64,000 nucleotides of DNA, taken from the NCBI RefSeq assembly GCF_964188315.1, contig NC_135667.1, positions 8,494,001 through 8,558,000 of the forward strand, in the 5' to 3' direction. The notes beneath the pieces were generated by a model. That model ran no database searches, was not told the origin of the DNA, and was given only the letters and a program-made list of their open reading frames with translations. Shown piece after piece: positions 48,093 to 59,156 of the stretch; position 1 is the stretch's first letter, and every line of letters starts with the position of its first letter. This DNA comes from Podarcis muralis. Taxonomy: Eukaryota. Made by a program: the position numbers and the translations under genes.

Positions 48093-48334
48093 CAGTGGTA
48101 CCTCTGGTTACAAACGTAATTCGTTCCGGAGGTCTGTTCTTAACCTGAATCCATTCTTAACCTGAGGTACCACTTTAGCTAATGGGCCCTCCTGCTGCCG
48201 CTGCGCCACTGCCATGCAATTTTTGTTCTCATCTTGAGGCCAAGTTCTTAACCCAAGGTACTACTTCCGAGTTAGCAGAGTCTGTAACCCAAAGTGTTTG
48301 TAACCTGAGGTGTTTGTAACCCAAGGTACCACTG
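48093..48334. mobile_element. Tc1/mariner-type MITE about 65 bp after the stop codon of D
   Basis: CAGTGGTACC...GGTACCACTG termini with TA duplication. Inverted relative to the intron 5 copies. Empty site GTTGTTACTATAAGTACC in B and C. Confidence 0.92.
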
Positions 48335-48999
48335 TATAAGTACCTCTATATAACTCTTTTGTGCATATACAAGCATATACTAAAAAGAGAGAGGAGAGGA
48401 GGAGGAGAAAGAGGAAACACCTGGGGGGCGACAGCAGATGGACACAATGTCTTTAGAAAGTATTCCAGTCCTCCCCCCCCCCCAATCTCCCAGAACCTGG
48501 CAAGTCTTGAAAGTAGGAGATCAAAGAGCTCAAAGGCAGAGGGCACATGTCAGCACCCAAGGAGGTGATGAGAATGACGAATGAGGAAATGGGAGAGACG
48601 GTGGGTGGAGATTCATTTGGGACAACATCATTATCCAAGAGGTTGGGTTCTAAAGCTTCTCTCTGTAAATACTGAATAAAAAGTGGACAGTTAGAAACAT
48701 TTCCTTGTGTTTGTATGTTCCTGGACAACCAGTTGCTGGCCGCAGCCTGACATCAACTGCTACTAAGATGCAGACAAAAATTCAATTTTGCAGCAGAGGA
48801 CACTTCCTACTGCAAGATGATGTTTCTGTGGAAATGTGCCTTCAAATAAACTCATTACCTAGCATTGCGACACCAAGTGATTGGTAGGTGGGGCCCTTCA
48901 GAAACTGCAACTCCCTTTATAGGGAGTTATAGGTTAGCAAAATTTGGTGGGCCAAATGCTCCCCACCACCTGCTTTATACAAAAAGTAAATGATATTTA

Positions 49000-49415
49000 T
49001 TTATTTAAAATAATATTTATTAAAGTTTCAAACAAAATTACAATAATACAAGAAAAGTAAAAAAAGAAAATACAAAAAACAGAAAAAATAGAATAACAAT
49101 TAAAAACAAATCAGTCTTTCCATATCTTGTCTTTCATTCACTTGTTTCCCTGACCTCCTCACACCTCCCTTTTTTGCATTCCAGTTCAGTTAGTTAATTC
49201 AGCAAATCCTTTCCCTCTTTGTTCTTATCTTAATCCTTTATCTTAGTATATTATTACTTCAAGTTCACATCTATTAACAATCCATTTTTACATAGACCTT
49301 AATAACATTGCTGCTAAAACCACTTAACTTCATTCCAACATCATTCTAACATTCATTAATTTTGCAGTATTTCTGTAGATAGTCTTTAAATTTCTTCCAA
49401 TCTTCTTCCACCGAC
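49000..49415 (-). mobile_element. 5'-truncated L1 3' end, 416 bp
   Basis: Minus translation VEEDWKKFKDYLQKYCKINEC*, then UTR and A-rich tail. 16-bp TSD AAGTAAATGATATTTA at 48984-48999 and 49416-49431. Confidence 0.9.
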
Positions 49416-50375
49416 AAGTAAATGATATTTAGATTAAAACACTTGCATGTAGAATACTAATACTAAAAATATTGCTTTATTTCAATATATATACACATAT
49501 GCTACAAAATTTAGTGTTAAAAATATCTTTCAATTGTTTTATGATAGAATGTTGTTCAAAGGAGAGATGGAGTATAAATATTGCTATCTTTTTGGTACTA
49601 AGTCAGTCTTTCCTTGCTGAGAGACTGAAGTTGGCACCCACGTCATTAATATATTTGACACATCTCTTCAATTCAATAGCTTTTATTTATTTGCTGCCCA
49701 CAGTCAGGCTAATACCCCACCCCCCATGAATACAGCAACAGCTTCTGTTGGTTGACGCAGGTGTTTTTAAACTATTGCTGAGCTGCAATGAAAAATGTTG
49801 ACTTGGATTCCTTCAGAAACATTGGACTAGGCAGTGGCCATAATCTCAAAATGCGGTGCTACTGTTTGCATCCTAAAGCCAATGGTTTCATTCTGAGTTT
49901 CCTGTTGGTGTTTGCTTACTATGGAAAATTGTACCTGCCACTTTTTGTGTCTCTAAGGGGCAGGGGAGAGGAATGGTGGTTGTGGGGAGGGGGGGAGTCA
50001 CTCAGAGCCAAACTCTGAAGCAATAACCCCCCCCCCCAGATGCACACACATTTATCCAAATCACAGTAATTGGTTCACCTGATCAACCCTCCAGAGACTT
50101 TCTTAGGCAAGCCTGAAAGTGGTTATAAATAAACCTATGTGCTATCAAAAGCTAGGGTAGGGGCAAGAGGTAGGCAGGGTGAGGTAAATTTAATTTCTAA
50201 CACCATAATCTCTGTTAGTACTCGAGTCATGCATTTGTAACCCTTGGAACCCAAGATGCACCTCCGAGATCTCAAAGAGCTGTATTGGAAGAACCATGCA
50301 TGATCCAATGTGGACTCTTCTATCGATGGATGGACACAGCAGAGTTTGTATTTAGAGAAAAGCTTGGGTCTCAGG

Positions 50376-53300
50376 ATGTTGTGTCTATTTGTGCTCTTGT
50401 TTCTAATGCCTGCTGTTGTGTGTAAAACACCCATGTGTCTGAAGAATAATCCTTTTCCTGTTCCACATGAGTGGTACCAGCCGGGTGACCTCATCATTGG
50501 TGGGATTGCTTCTCAGATCTGTTATGTTTTCTATGAAGTTTTCTTCAATGAACAACCAGCAAAGAATTTGTTTGATGTTACATAGTAAGAGCTTCTCTAC
50601 CTCCTGCTCCAGCTCCAATCCACATCCATTTTCCTTTTGGCTCATGTCACTTAAGTTGGGGACTGTCTCAACACTCACATTTATTAGCATGCTATTAGCT
50701 GCCATGCAAGACTTTGCTCGCCAGAAGTGTAAGATAATAAATTATCCTTCAAGTAAAAACAAACAGGGAATCCCTTAAACAATTGAAAACAATCCAACTG
50801 ATGCACCCCAGGACACTCCCCATTTTTAACTGCTTTCTGATTCTTGTGCAGTCTGCTAAGTGGCAGGACTGTTGTTCACTCATAATGCTTTCTGTTTTGT
50901 AAAGGGATGGGTACAGCTATTGGTTGTGGAGGTTCATGAAAATGAAAATAAATGACTCAATAGAGTATAATGGGGAAGAAATTCATAACATAAAGCTAGA
51001 GATGTGCCAAATCAGCTTTCATCCCCTTTTAAAAATTACTGTGTTTTTGGCCTCTTTTTCACAGTGTGTTAAAGTTTCAATGTTTGGGGGGCTTGAGGTT
51101 ACCTTTGGTGGCTGACATCGGTGAGGATGTTTTTCTTTACATTATACATAGACCCTGGAGATAGAAAGCCTCGTCATGCATGTTGCATCAAAGTTTCTAG
51201 CTGTTTTGGAAATGCCTTTCCTGTAGTTGCTGGGGATTAAACTTGGGATCTTCTGCATGAAAATCAGATGTTCTGCTACAGAGCTATGCCCTTCTCCCAA
51301 CTGTCTAGTGACACATAAGCCCCACTGACTCCAATGGGACTTATTTCCAGTTAAGCAAGTATGGGATTGCAGTTTTCATGGTCTAGACCAAGATTCTTCT
51401 GATATATGAAATGGTCACATACTTAAAGAGAAACAGAGGTGATTTATTGTTTTGACTAAATGAACTGAGAAGGTCAAACAAAAAGATGAACAGAAGGTAA
51501 AGTGTAACTACTACGCAAAATAGAAGTGCTATCATCCACCATTCATTTTTGACTGTATGGTGTTTATTAGCTTAGAAACGTTAATGATAAACTAAATACT
51601 TTGATTTTGGTCCAAAGCAGTTTGAGACAGAACAGAATTGATATTGTGGTACATTTTGATTCTAAAAGATTAACTTTATTTGCAGCATGATAACCAAATT
51701 CTACCAGCACATCCTTGTCTTGGCATTTGCTGAGAAAGAAATCAATGAGGACCCAAACATCTTGCCCAATGTCACACTTGGCTTCCACATCTATGATAGC
51801 TATTATGATGCAAGGATGACCTATCGGACCACGGTGGACCTGCTCTTCAAATCAAACAGCTTTGTCCCAAACTACAAATGTGACACCCAGAAAAACCTCC
51901 TAGCTACTATTGGGGGACTTGGCTCTGACACCTCCTTCCACATGGCAGATGCATTGAGAATCTACAAGATCCCACAGGTAAGATGTATGAACAAGGGCAA
52001 TTTTTGCTTCTTCCATGGATTTCTGTCCATGCATTTCAGTTGAATACAAACCTAAATCTTAATCTCATGTTTCCCATCTATACAACCAATCTGTCCAAAT
52101 CCCAAATCAAAATATGCAGTTGGAAAAAAAGAAGCTTAAATATGCCCTGGCTGGAATAGTCCTTGAATTTAATCTATAAATTGACTGAAGAAATGTTTGT
52201 TGAAAGAAACTCGCATAGTCACAGAATGAATGCTCTTCACATAACTGTACATTTATGTACATTTTTTCTCAGCTCACATATGGTTCGTTTCCCCCAGAGG
52301 AGAGGGATTCAAGTCAGGTTCCTTCTTTTTACCGCATGGTGCCTAATGAAGTCCACCAGTACATGGGTATTATCAGTTTGCTTAAGCATTTTGGATGGAC
52401 GTGGGTTGGACTATTTGCTGTGAATGATAACAGTGGGGAATATTTCCTCAAGACTCTGGAGCCCCTGCTTTCTCAAAATGGAATTTGTTCAGCCTTCACA
52501 CAAAGAATCCCAAAACTACTCTATTTTGATAAGTTGGATGAAATGTATGATTTAGCCTCAAATATGTATGCACTATTTATGGATGCTAAAGCCACAACAT
52601 TTATCGTTTATGGAGAATCTCAGACAATTACAGGGCTGAGAGCTATTATATTTATGCGAGATCCTACAAATAAGGAAAAGGCATCACTTAAGAAGGTGTG
52701 GATTTTGACAGCCCAGACTGACTTCATATCTATGGGTCTTCTTAAGGTTTGGAATGTTCTGCTCTTCCAAGGTGCCATTGCCCTCACAATTCACTCACAG
52801 AAACTTCTAGCATTCCAAGATTTTCTTCAAAACATAAAGCCTTCTTGGACTCAGGGAAATGGTTTTTCCAAAGTCTTCTGGGAGCAAGCATTTGACTGTA
52901 TATTTCCAAATCTTGATGCACCAATGGAGGTCAATGACCTGTGTACTGGGGAGGAGAGGTTGCAGAGCCTTCCCGGGTCTCATTTTGAAATGAGTATGAC
53001 TGGCCACAGTTACTGCATTTACAATGCTGTCTATGTTGTTGCTCATGCTTTGCATGCACTTTATTCATCTAGATCCAAACAGAGAGCAAATGAGAGCAGT
53101 AAAAGATTAAAATTTCAAGATTTCCAGCCTTGGCAGGTAATGTTTTGAAAATGAAGAACAACAAAATGTATTATTATTCCAATAAACAGATTAGTGCAAC
53201 AAATGACTGTATCACAATTTTCATTCACAAGTACAGGTGTGATGCCATTGCATGTCTTATTCACCAGCAAGGATTTATGTGTGCATTTTAACTTGTCTAC

Positions 53301-56300
53301 GTTTTGATTGAAATTTTGTTTTGTGTTCAGTGAATACATGATAGAGTTCCTATCTGTTGTGTCAAAAGAGCTGATTTTTCACATTTTGTCTTTGTTAAAT
53401 TAAGCTACATAGCTATACTTAAATAATACTAATAAAGTAGGGTGTTGGTAAAGCATGACATTTTGTTCAAAGTGTGCATTACATTCTTTTCCCATTATGT
53501 TTCCCTCCTGCTCTTTCAATTAGCTCCACCATTTTATCCATGCTATTTCATTTAACAACTCAGTTGGAGAAACAGTGTCCTTTACTGATAACAGAGAAAT
53601 GCAAGGTGGATTTGACATTATGAACATGATCACATTTCCAAATAAGTCTTTCATCCGTTTGAAAATAGGATGGGTGAATCCTAATGCTCTTGATGGAAAA
53701 GAATTCAACATTCATGAGGACATAATTAGGTGGCACAATGGTTTTAACCAGGTCTGAATTTTGGGGTATTCTTGTGGGCTCCACACTCTCCAGATGAGTT
53801 ATTCAGATGCTCAATATAGCTATAATTATTCTCTTGGCCAGGGTCATGGCAAGAATCTGGATATCTAACTGTTTGTAACTATGCTATGGTCTTAATTGAA
53901 ATGAACTTCTAATATTTACTGTGCCATATTTATATATGGCAGGATTCCAGATGATCCAGATAAAATTGACTCCTGAACCAAAAATGGATGCGTATCTGAT
54001 CTAAGTGGCCATAGATCAGTTGAAGATTCCACATCAATTTTTTTCTTGTTTAAGTGAACCTCATCTGTATTTCTAGAGAGCTAATATTGCTCCCCCTGTC
54101 TGGTCCCAAAGAGGTCCAGTTGAAAGTATATTTGCGAGAGGTGCCAGAAGCCAGGAAAGTATTCACTTCTGGTTTATATCCTGGAGGTCCACCAGCACAG
54201 GGGAGCCATGTCAATGTAGGGTTGAAAACCCCAAGCATTTCTATATTGCACCACTAGTCTGATCCCAGTCTGGGTGGGGCAAGAAGCTTATCAAGTGTGC
54301 ACTTCCAGCTCAGTCCTTAGCCTTGTCCTTGTGCTTATGCTGTAGAGGAGATGGTTTAGGATATAAAATTCCTTCCACCTTCCTCTTTGCCTTTTCCTCT
54401 TCAGATCACTCCCAGGGTGCTGGTTGGCACAGTTGGGGACAAGTAGGAACTTTGTTATGTTTGTTATGGGACGCGGGTGGCGCTGTGGGTTAAACCACTG
54501 AGCCTAGGACTTGCTGATCAGAAGGTCGGCGGTTTGAATCCCTGCGATGGGGTGAGCTCCCGTTGCTCGGTCCCTGCTCCTGCCAACCTAGCAGTTTGAA
54601 AGCACGTCAAAGTGCAAGTAGATAAATAGGTACTGCTCTGGCGGGAAGGTAAACGGTGTTTCCATGTGCTGTTCTGGTTCGCCAGAAGCGGCTTTGTCAT
54701 GCTGGCTACATGACCCGGAAGCTGTACGCTGGCTCCCTCGGCCAATAAAGCGAAATGAGCACCGCAACCCCAGAGTCGGCCACGACTGGACCTAATAGTC
54801 AGGGGTCCCTTTACCCTTACTAGGAACTTTGTGTTTGGTGGACCAGGGATAGCCTGAGTGACCTTTTCCACCCACTTCCTACTCCTACCCAGCAGTGCCA
54901 CATAAATGCAGTTACTGCTGGCAGACATGTAATTGTAAGAATTGGCTTTCTCATTACTTGCCAGATATCTGCAAAAAAATGAAATAAATGTAGAGGTTGT
55001 AAAAAATGTTGAGTATCCTGAGCTATTCCTCAGGTGAACTCTGATTCCAGAAATGTGTACACAGGATTCTGTGATCCATGGAGCAGAGTACGGCTGACTT
55101 TTTAGGTTAACTTGTGTCATTTGCTTAGAGTTTGAGGCCTCAAACAGGGTGTGAATCTTTCCCCCCATTATACAAACCCCAATATTTTTGTGATGAGTGG
55201 CCCACTAACCTATTTTAAATTCAATGAATGAATATTTTTTGGAAAAAAACATTTTCCCTTCTGAAATTGTTTCCTGTTTTTGAATAGATGATGCCCGTCT
55301 CTATATGCAGTGAATCCTGCCACCCTGGTAATCAGAAGAAAATGATGGAAGGACAGAAATTTTGCTGCTACGATTGTACTCCATGTCTAGAGGGGGAGAT
55401 TTCAAACCAGAATGGTACGTGACATTTCTTGTCATACAAGATTGGTAAAAAAATATTGTTTCAGTGTTGTGCATGTAGTCACACTATCCTGCTTGGAGTA
55501 GTGTGAAAATTTTTCTGCTGCTTTCCATTAATTTTTTAATGGTTCCTCGTCATCCTGGGGGAAAAGTGACAAGTGGGGTGCCGCGGGGTTCTGTCCTGGG
55601 CCCGTTGTTGTTCAACGTCTTTTATAAATGACTTGGATGAAAGAATTGAGGGGATGCTCATCAAATTTGCAGATGACACCAAACTGGGAGGGGTAGCTAA
55701 TGCCACAGAAGACAGAATCAGAATTCAAAATGACCTTAACAGATTGGAGAACTGGGCGCAAGCTAACAAAATGAATTTCAATAGGGACAAATGTAAGATT
55801 CTGCACTTAGGCAGTGCTTGTTAAAATTGTATTCCATTTGATGGTTGAGATGCACTCAACACCCTTCAGAGCTTGCCAGGGTTGGACCATAGGGTGTGGC
55901 AAAACAACACTCCTCGGGGAGTGGCAGAAATTATTCTATACACTGTAACTTCCAAAGCCACCTCAGAGCATTCTAAGGTCTGCAACTGCTGTTCTTGGTC
56001 CTCTGGCCCAAAACTGGGAAATATATTGGTAGCAGGATAGGAGTTGAGAGTCTCTAACCTGAGCATATTGTTTCTAACCCCTTCATTCACACCAATATAA
56101 TGAATCTTCCCTTCTTGTCTACTGGAGTTTAGCTGGATGTTATTAGGATAGCTTACGATGACAGAAGCCTTCTAGCTCGAGTGCTTTCTACTCCTTTCTC
56201 TTCCGTTGCCTTTTCTAGACTGCAATTACATTATTGTCGCAGTTAACTGGCAACCCCAAGCATCAAATGAAACCTAAAGTTCCGACCCCTCTGCCATCAT

Positions 56301-57403
56301 GGATCCATATATCCCTTGTCTGCACTGAGTACCGCGTGGCCACTTAACATGGTTTAAACAAACCTATATCAGATTCGGCATAAAACTCAAATGGTAATTC
56401 AGATATACAAAATGCTCTCTAATATTCAGAAGCATCAGATTAACAGGAACAAAACACACACACAAATTGTCAAGGGAGTTTGTCATTCTTCTGTTTTTCA
56501 GACATGGATGACTGCTTCACATGCCCAGAAGATCAGTATGCAAACAAGAAGAAAGATGGATGCATCCCTAAAACTATCAGCTTTCTTTCTTATGATGAAC
56601 CTTTAGGGCTTAGCCTGGCCTCACTTGCTCTTTCTTTTTCCCTGATCACAACTTTGGTGCTTGCAACGTTTATTCAGCACAAAGACACTCCCATTGTCAA
56701 AGCCAACAACAGGGATCTCAGCTACGCTCTCCTCATTGCCCTTCTGCTATGTTTCCTCTCATCTTTTCTATTCATTGGACACCCTGGCAAAGTGACCTGC
56801 CTTCTTCGACAACCCACTTTTGGTATCGTCTTCTCTGTGGCAGTTTCCTGTGTGTTGGCCAAAACCATCACCGTAGTTGTAGCTTTCATGGCCACCAAGC
56901 CAGGCTCCAGTATGAGGAAGTGGGTGGGAAAAAGACTGAGCAACTCCATTGTCCTTTCCGGCTCACTCATTCAAACAAGCATTTGTGCTGTGTGGTTGAA
57001 GTGGTCTCCCCCATTCCCTGATCTAGACATGCACTCAGTAACAGAGGAAACCATTGTGCACTGTAATGAAGGCTCAGTGACCATGTTTTACTGTGTTCTG
57101 GGCTACATGGGCCTCCTGGCCATTGCCAGCTTCATTGTGGCATTTGCAGCTCGCAAACTACCAGACAGTTTTAATGAAGCCAAGTTCATTACCTTCAGCA
57201 TGTTGCTCTTCTGCAGTGTTTGGCTGTCTTTTTTCCCAACCTATCTGAGCACCAAAGGGAAATCCATAGTGTTGGTGGAGATCTTCTCCATCTTGTCCTC
57301 CAGTGCTGGGTTACTGGGCTGCATCTTTGCCCCTAAATGCTACATCATTGTGCTGAAGCCTGAGCTTAACAGAAAGGAGCAACTAATAAGGAGAATGAAG
57401 TGA
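50376..57403 (+). CDS. V2R gene E, complete, 873 aa. Exons 50376-50584, 51686-51977, 52273-53136, 53524-53751, 55288-55414, 56502-57403
   Basis: Signal peptide [16 protein letters not shown], conserved motifs, GT-AG junctions and an open 2622-nt frame. An alternative in-frame ATG lies at 50310. Confidence 0.93.
51205..51298 (-). mobile_element. Decayed tRNA-derived SINE head in intron 1 of E
   Basis: Minus strand reads GGGAGAAGGGCATAGCTC-GTAGCAGAACATCTG...GCAGAAGATCCCAAGTTTAATCCC, with A-box and B-box remnants. Too degenerate for a functional tRNA. Confidence 0.5.
54468..54820 (+). mobile_element. Full-length Sauria-type SINE in intron 4 of E
   Basis: Starts GGGACGCGGGTGGCGCTGTGGG. 12-bp TSD TAGGAACTTTGT at 54444-54455 and 54821-54832. 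Confidence 0.93.
55538..55813 (+). mobile_element. CR1 LINE internal RT fragment in intron 5 of E
   Basis: SGVP-GSVLGP...[23 protein letters not shown]...[11 protein letters not shown]...[14 protein letters not shown], with a 1-bp frameshift. Confidence 0.9.
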
Positions 57404-59156
57404 AGGTATTGACATGGCCTCACAGAAATAAGCAGCAGCTTGAATGTATTTCCTGATGGTTCTTTTACTGGAGGAAAGTCCCCTTCCCAATAGCTGAAGG
57501 GAGGGATCTTTCCTGCTAGCCCTCCCACTGCTTTTGGAAGCCTTATAAGAAGCTGCTGAAGGAGCAGGACTGTGAGCAATGTTTCCAAGAGCAAGGATAC
57601 CCTGCTGTTTCCAGATTCTGTAATGTTGCTAATGAAGCATTTCATTTATGGTACAGAAATGTTGTTGTTTTTGTAGGTTGTTACATTTGCTATTACAACA
57701 TTGTTCTTTTAAGTTACAATAAAATTATTCTCAACTCATTTTGAAACATCCCCCCCCCTTTTTTTGTAAGCCACATGATTACATTTTGTGGAAAGGTGGC
57801 ACAGACATGAAATAATGATGATGGGGAATGGGAGCACATCTTGCTCCAGGTGAAGAAAGCTGCTACCATTGAAACAGGTACTAAAATGGATTGGGGAGGA
57901 GCTGCTTATGAAGAAAGCTTTTGTTTGATATGTCCCTTCAAAAGGCACACCACCATAAAATATGATGACTCACAGATTAATGGTCCCATTCACTTATCAA
58001 TAATTTGGCCCATCAAGATGGAGATGTGGCCAACTGGAGGGAAACAATTCTTGAGCACTGTCAAGCACAACAACCCATTTATAAAAAATAAATCAAAAAT
58101 GTGTTTTTGTGGTTAGAACAGTACCTGGGAAATAAGGAAACTGTGGGATGAGAATGTGTGAATTGGAAAGTCTGGAAAGAATGAATGATGGCCTTTATTT
58201 TGTATTGCCTTATTAGATTATATCTGGACCTCAGAACTCTCTACAGGTTATATTGTTTCCTAGGTCTGCTTGATTTTGGGGTGGGTTTTTTTGGTTGCCT
58301 GGAAATTCCCTGAACTTGGATAATGCCTCTTGGTGATCAGAGAGGGGTCTATGTATGAGTGTAGAAACTAGCCCCCACGCAGTAGTAAAATTTACATTAT
58401 ACACTTTCACCTTCGGTCCCACTCACAAGTGACATATGGCCTTCAGAAGCTCACTCAGAAGGGAATTCAGTCTTCAGGCTGAAAAAGATTGCTCAACCCT
58501 CCAATACAGGAATATTCTCTGTTCATGCAAGTGAGTCAAACAACCGGTTTTTAGTCTTGAGAACTATAGTCTTGAACCCCATTCCCTTGGAGAGAACTGG
58601 AGCTGGGAAGTGGCCATTATCTCAAAATTCTGCACTTCTCCTTGGTAATTACTTCTCTCTGAGTTTCCTGTTGGTCTGACACTTTTTCTGACTCTAAGGT
58701 GCAGAAGAGACTTGTGGTTAGAACTGGGAGTTGAAAAACAAACAAAAACCAAAGTGCCACTTAGACACCAAAACTCAGAGGAAGTAATTAATGATCCTAC
58801 CCTGAAATTACTCAAGTGACTTCAATTTCTTCACCAGGTCAAACCTCCAGGTGCTTTCTAGAAGGAAATAGAAAAAGATCAATAAGAAAGTCTGAAAATG
58901 GTTATAAATAATTTCATGTGCTATGGAGAACAAGGGTAGAGGCAAGTGGCAGGCAGGGCTTGGTCAGTGTAATTTCTGGCATTATAATCTCTGTTACTAC
59001 TCAAGAGATGCAATGCTTTAATTAAATACAGTTCGTAATGTCTCTCATAACAGTGGCTTGACTGAGCCATGTATCATTCACTGTAGCCTATTCAAACGTA
59101 GCTACTATGGATGCACAAAGCAGAATCTGCACTCAGAGAGAAGCTAGGCTGCCAGG

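Noticed and set aside
51205-51298. Functional tRNA gene
   Set aside because: The stems and boxes are degenerate; it is a SINE head remnant.
57404-59100. Short ORFs in the E-F spacer
   Set aside because: All are about 100 aa or shorter, with no recognisable motif, splice support or paralogous conservation.
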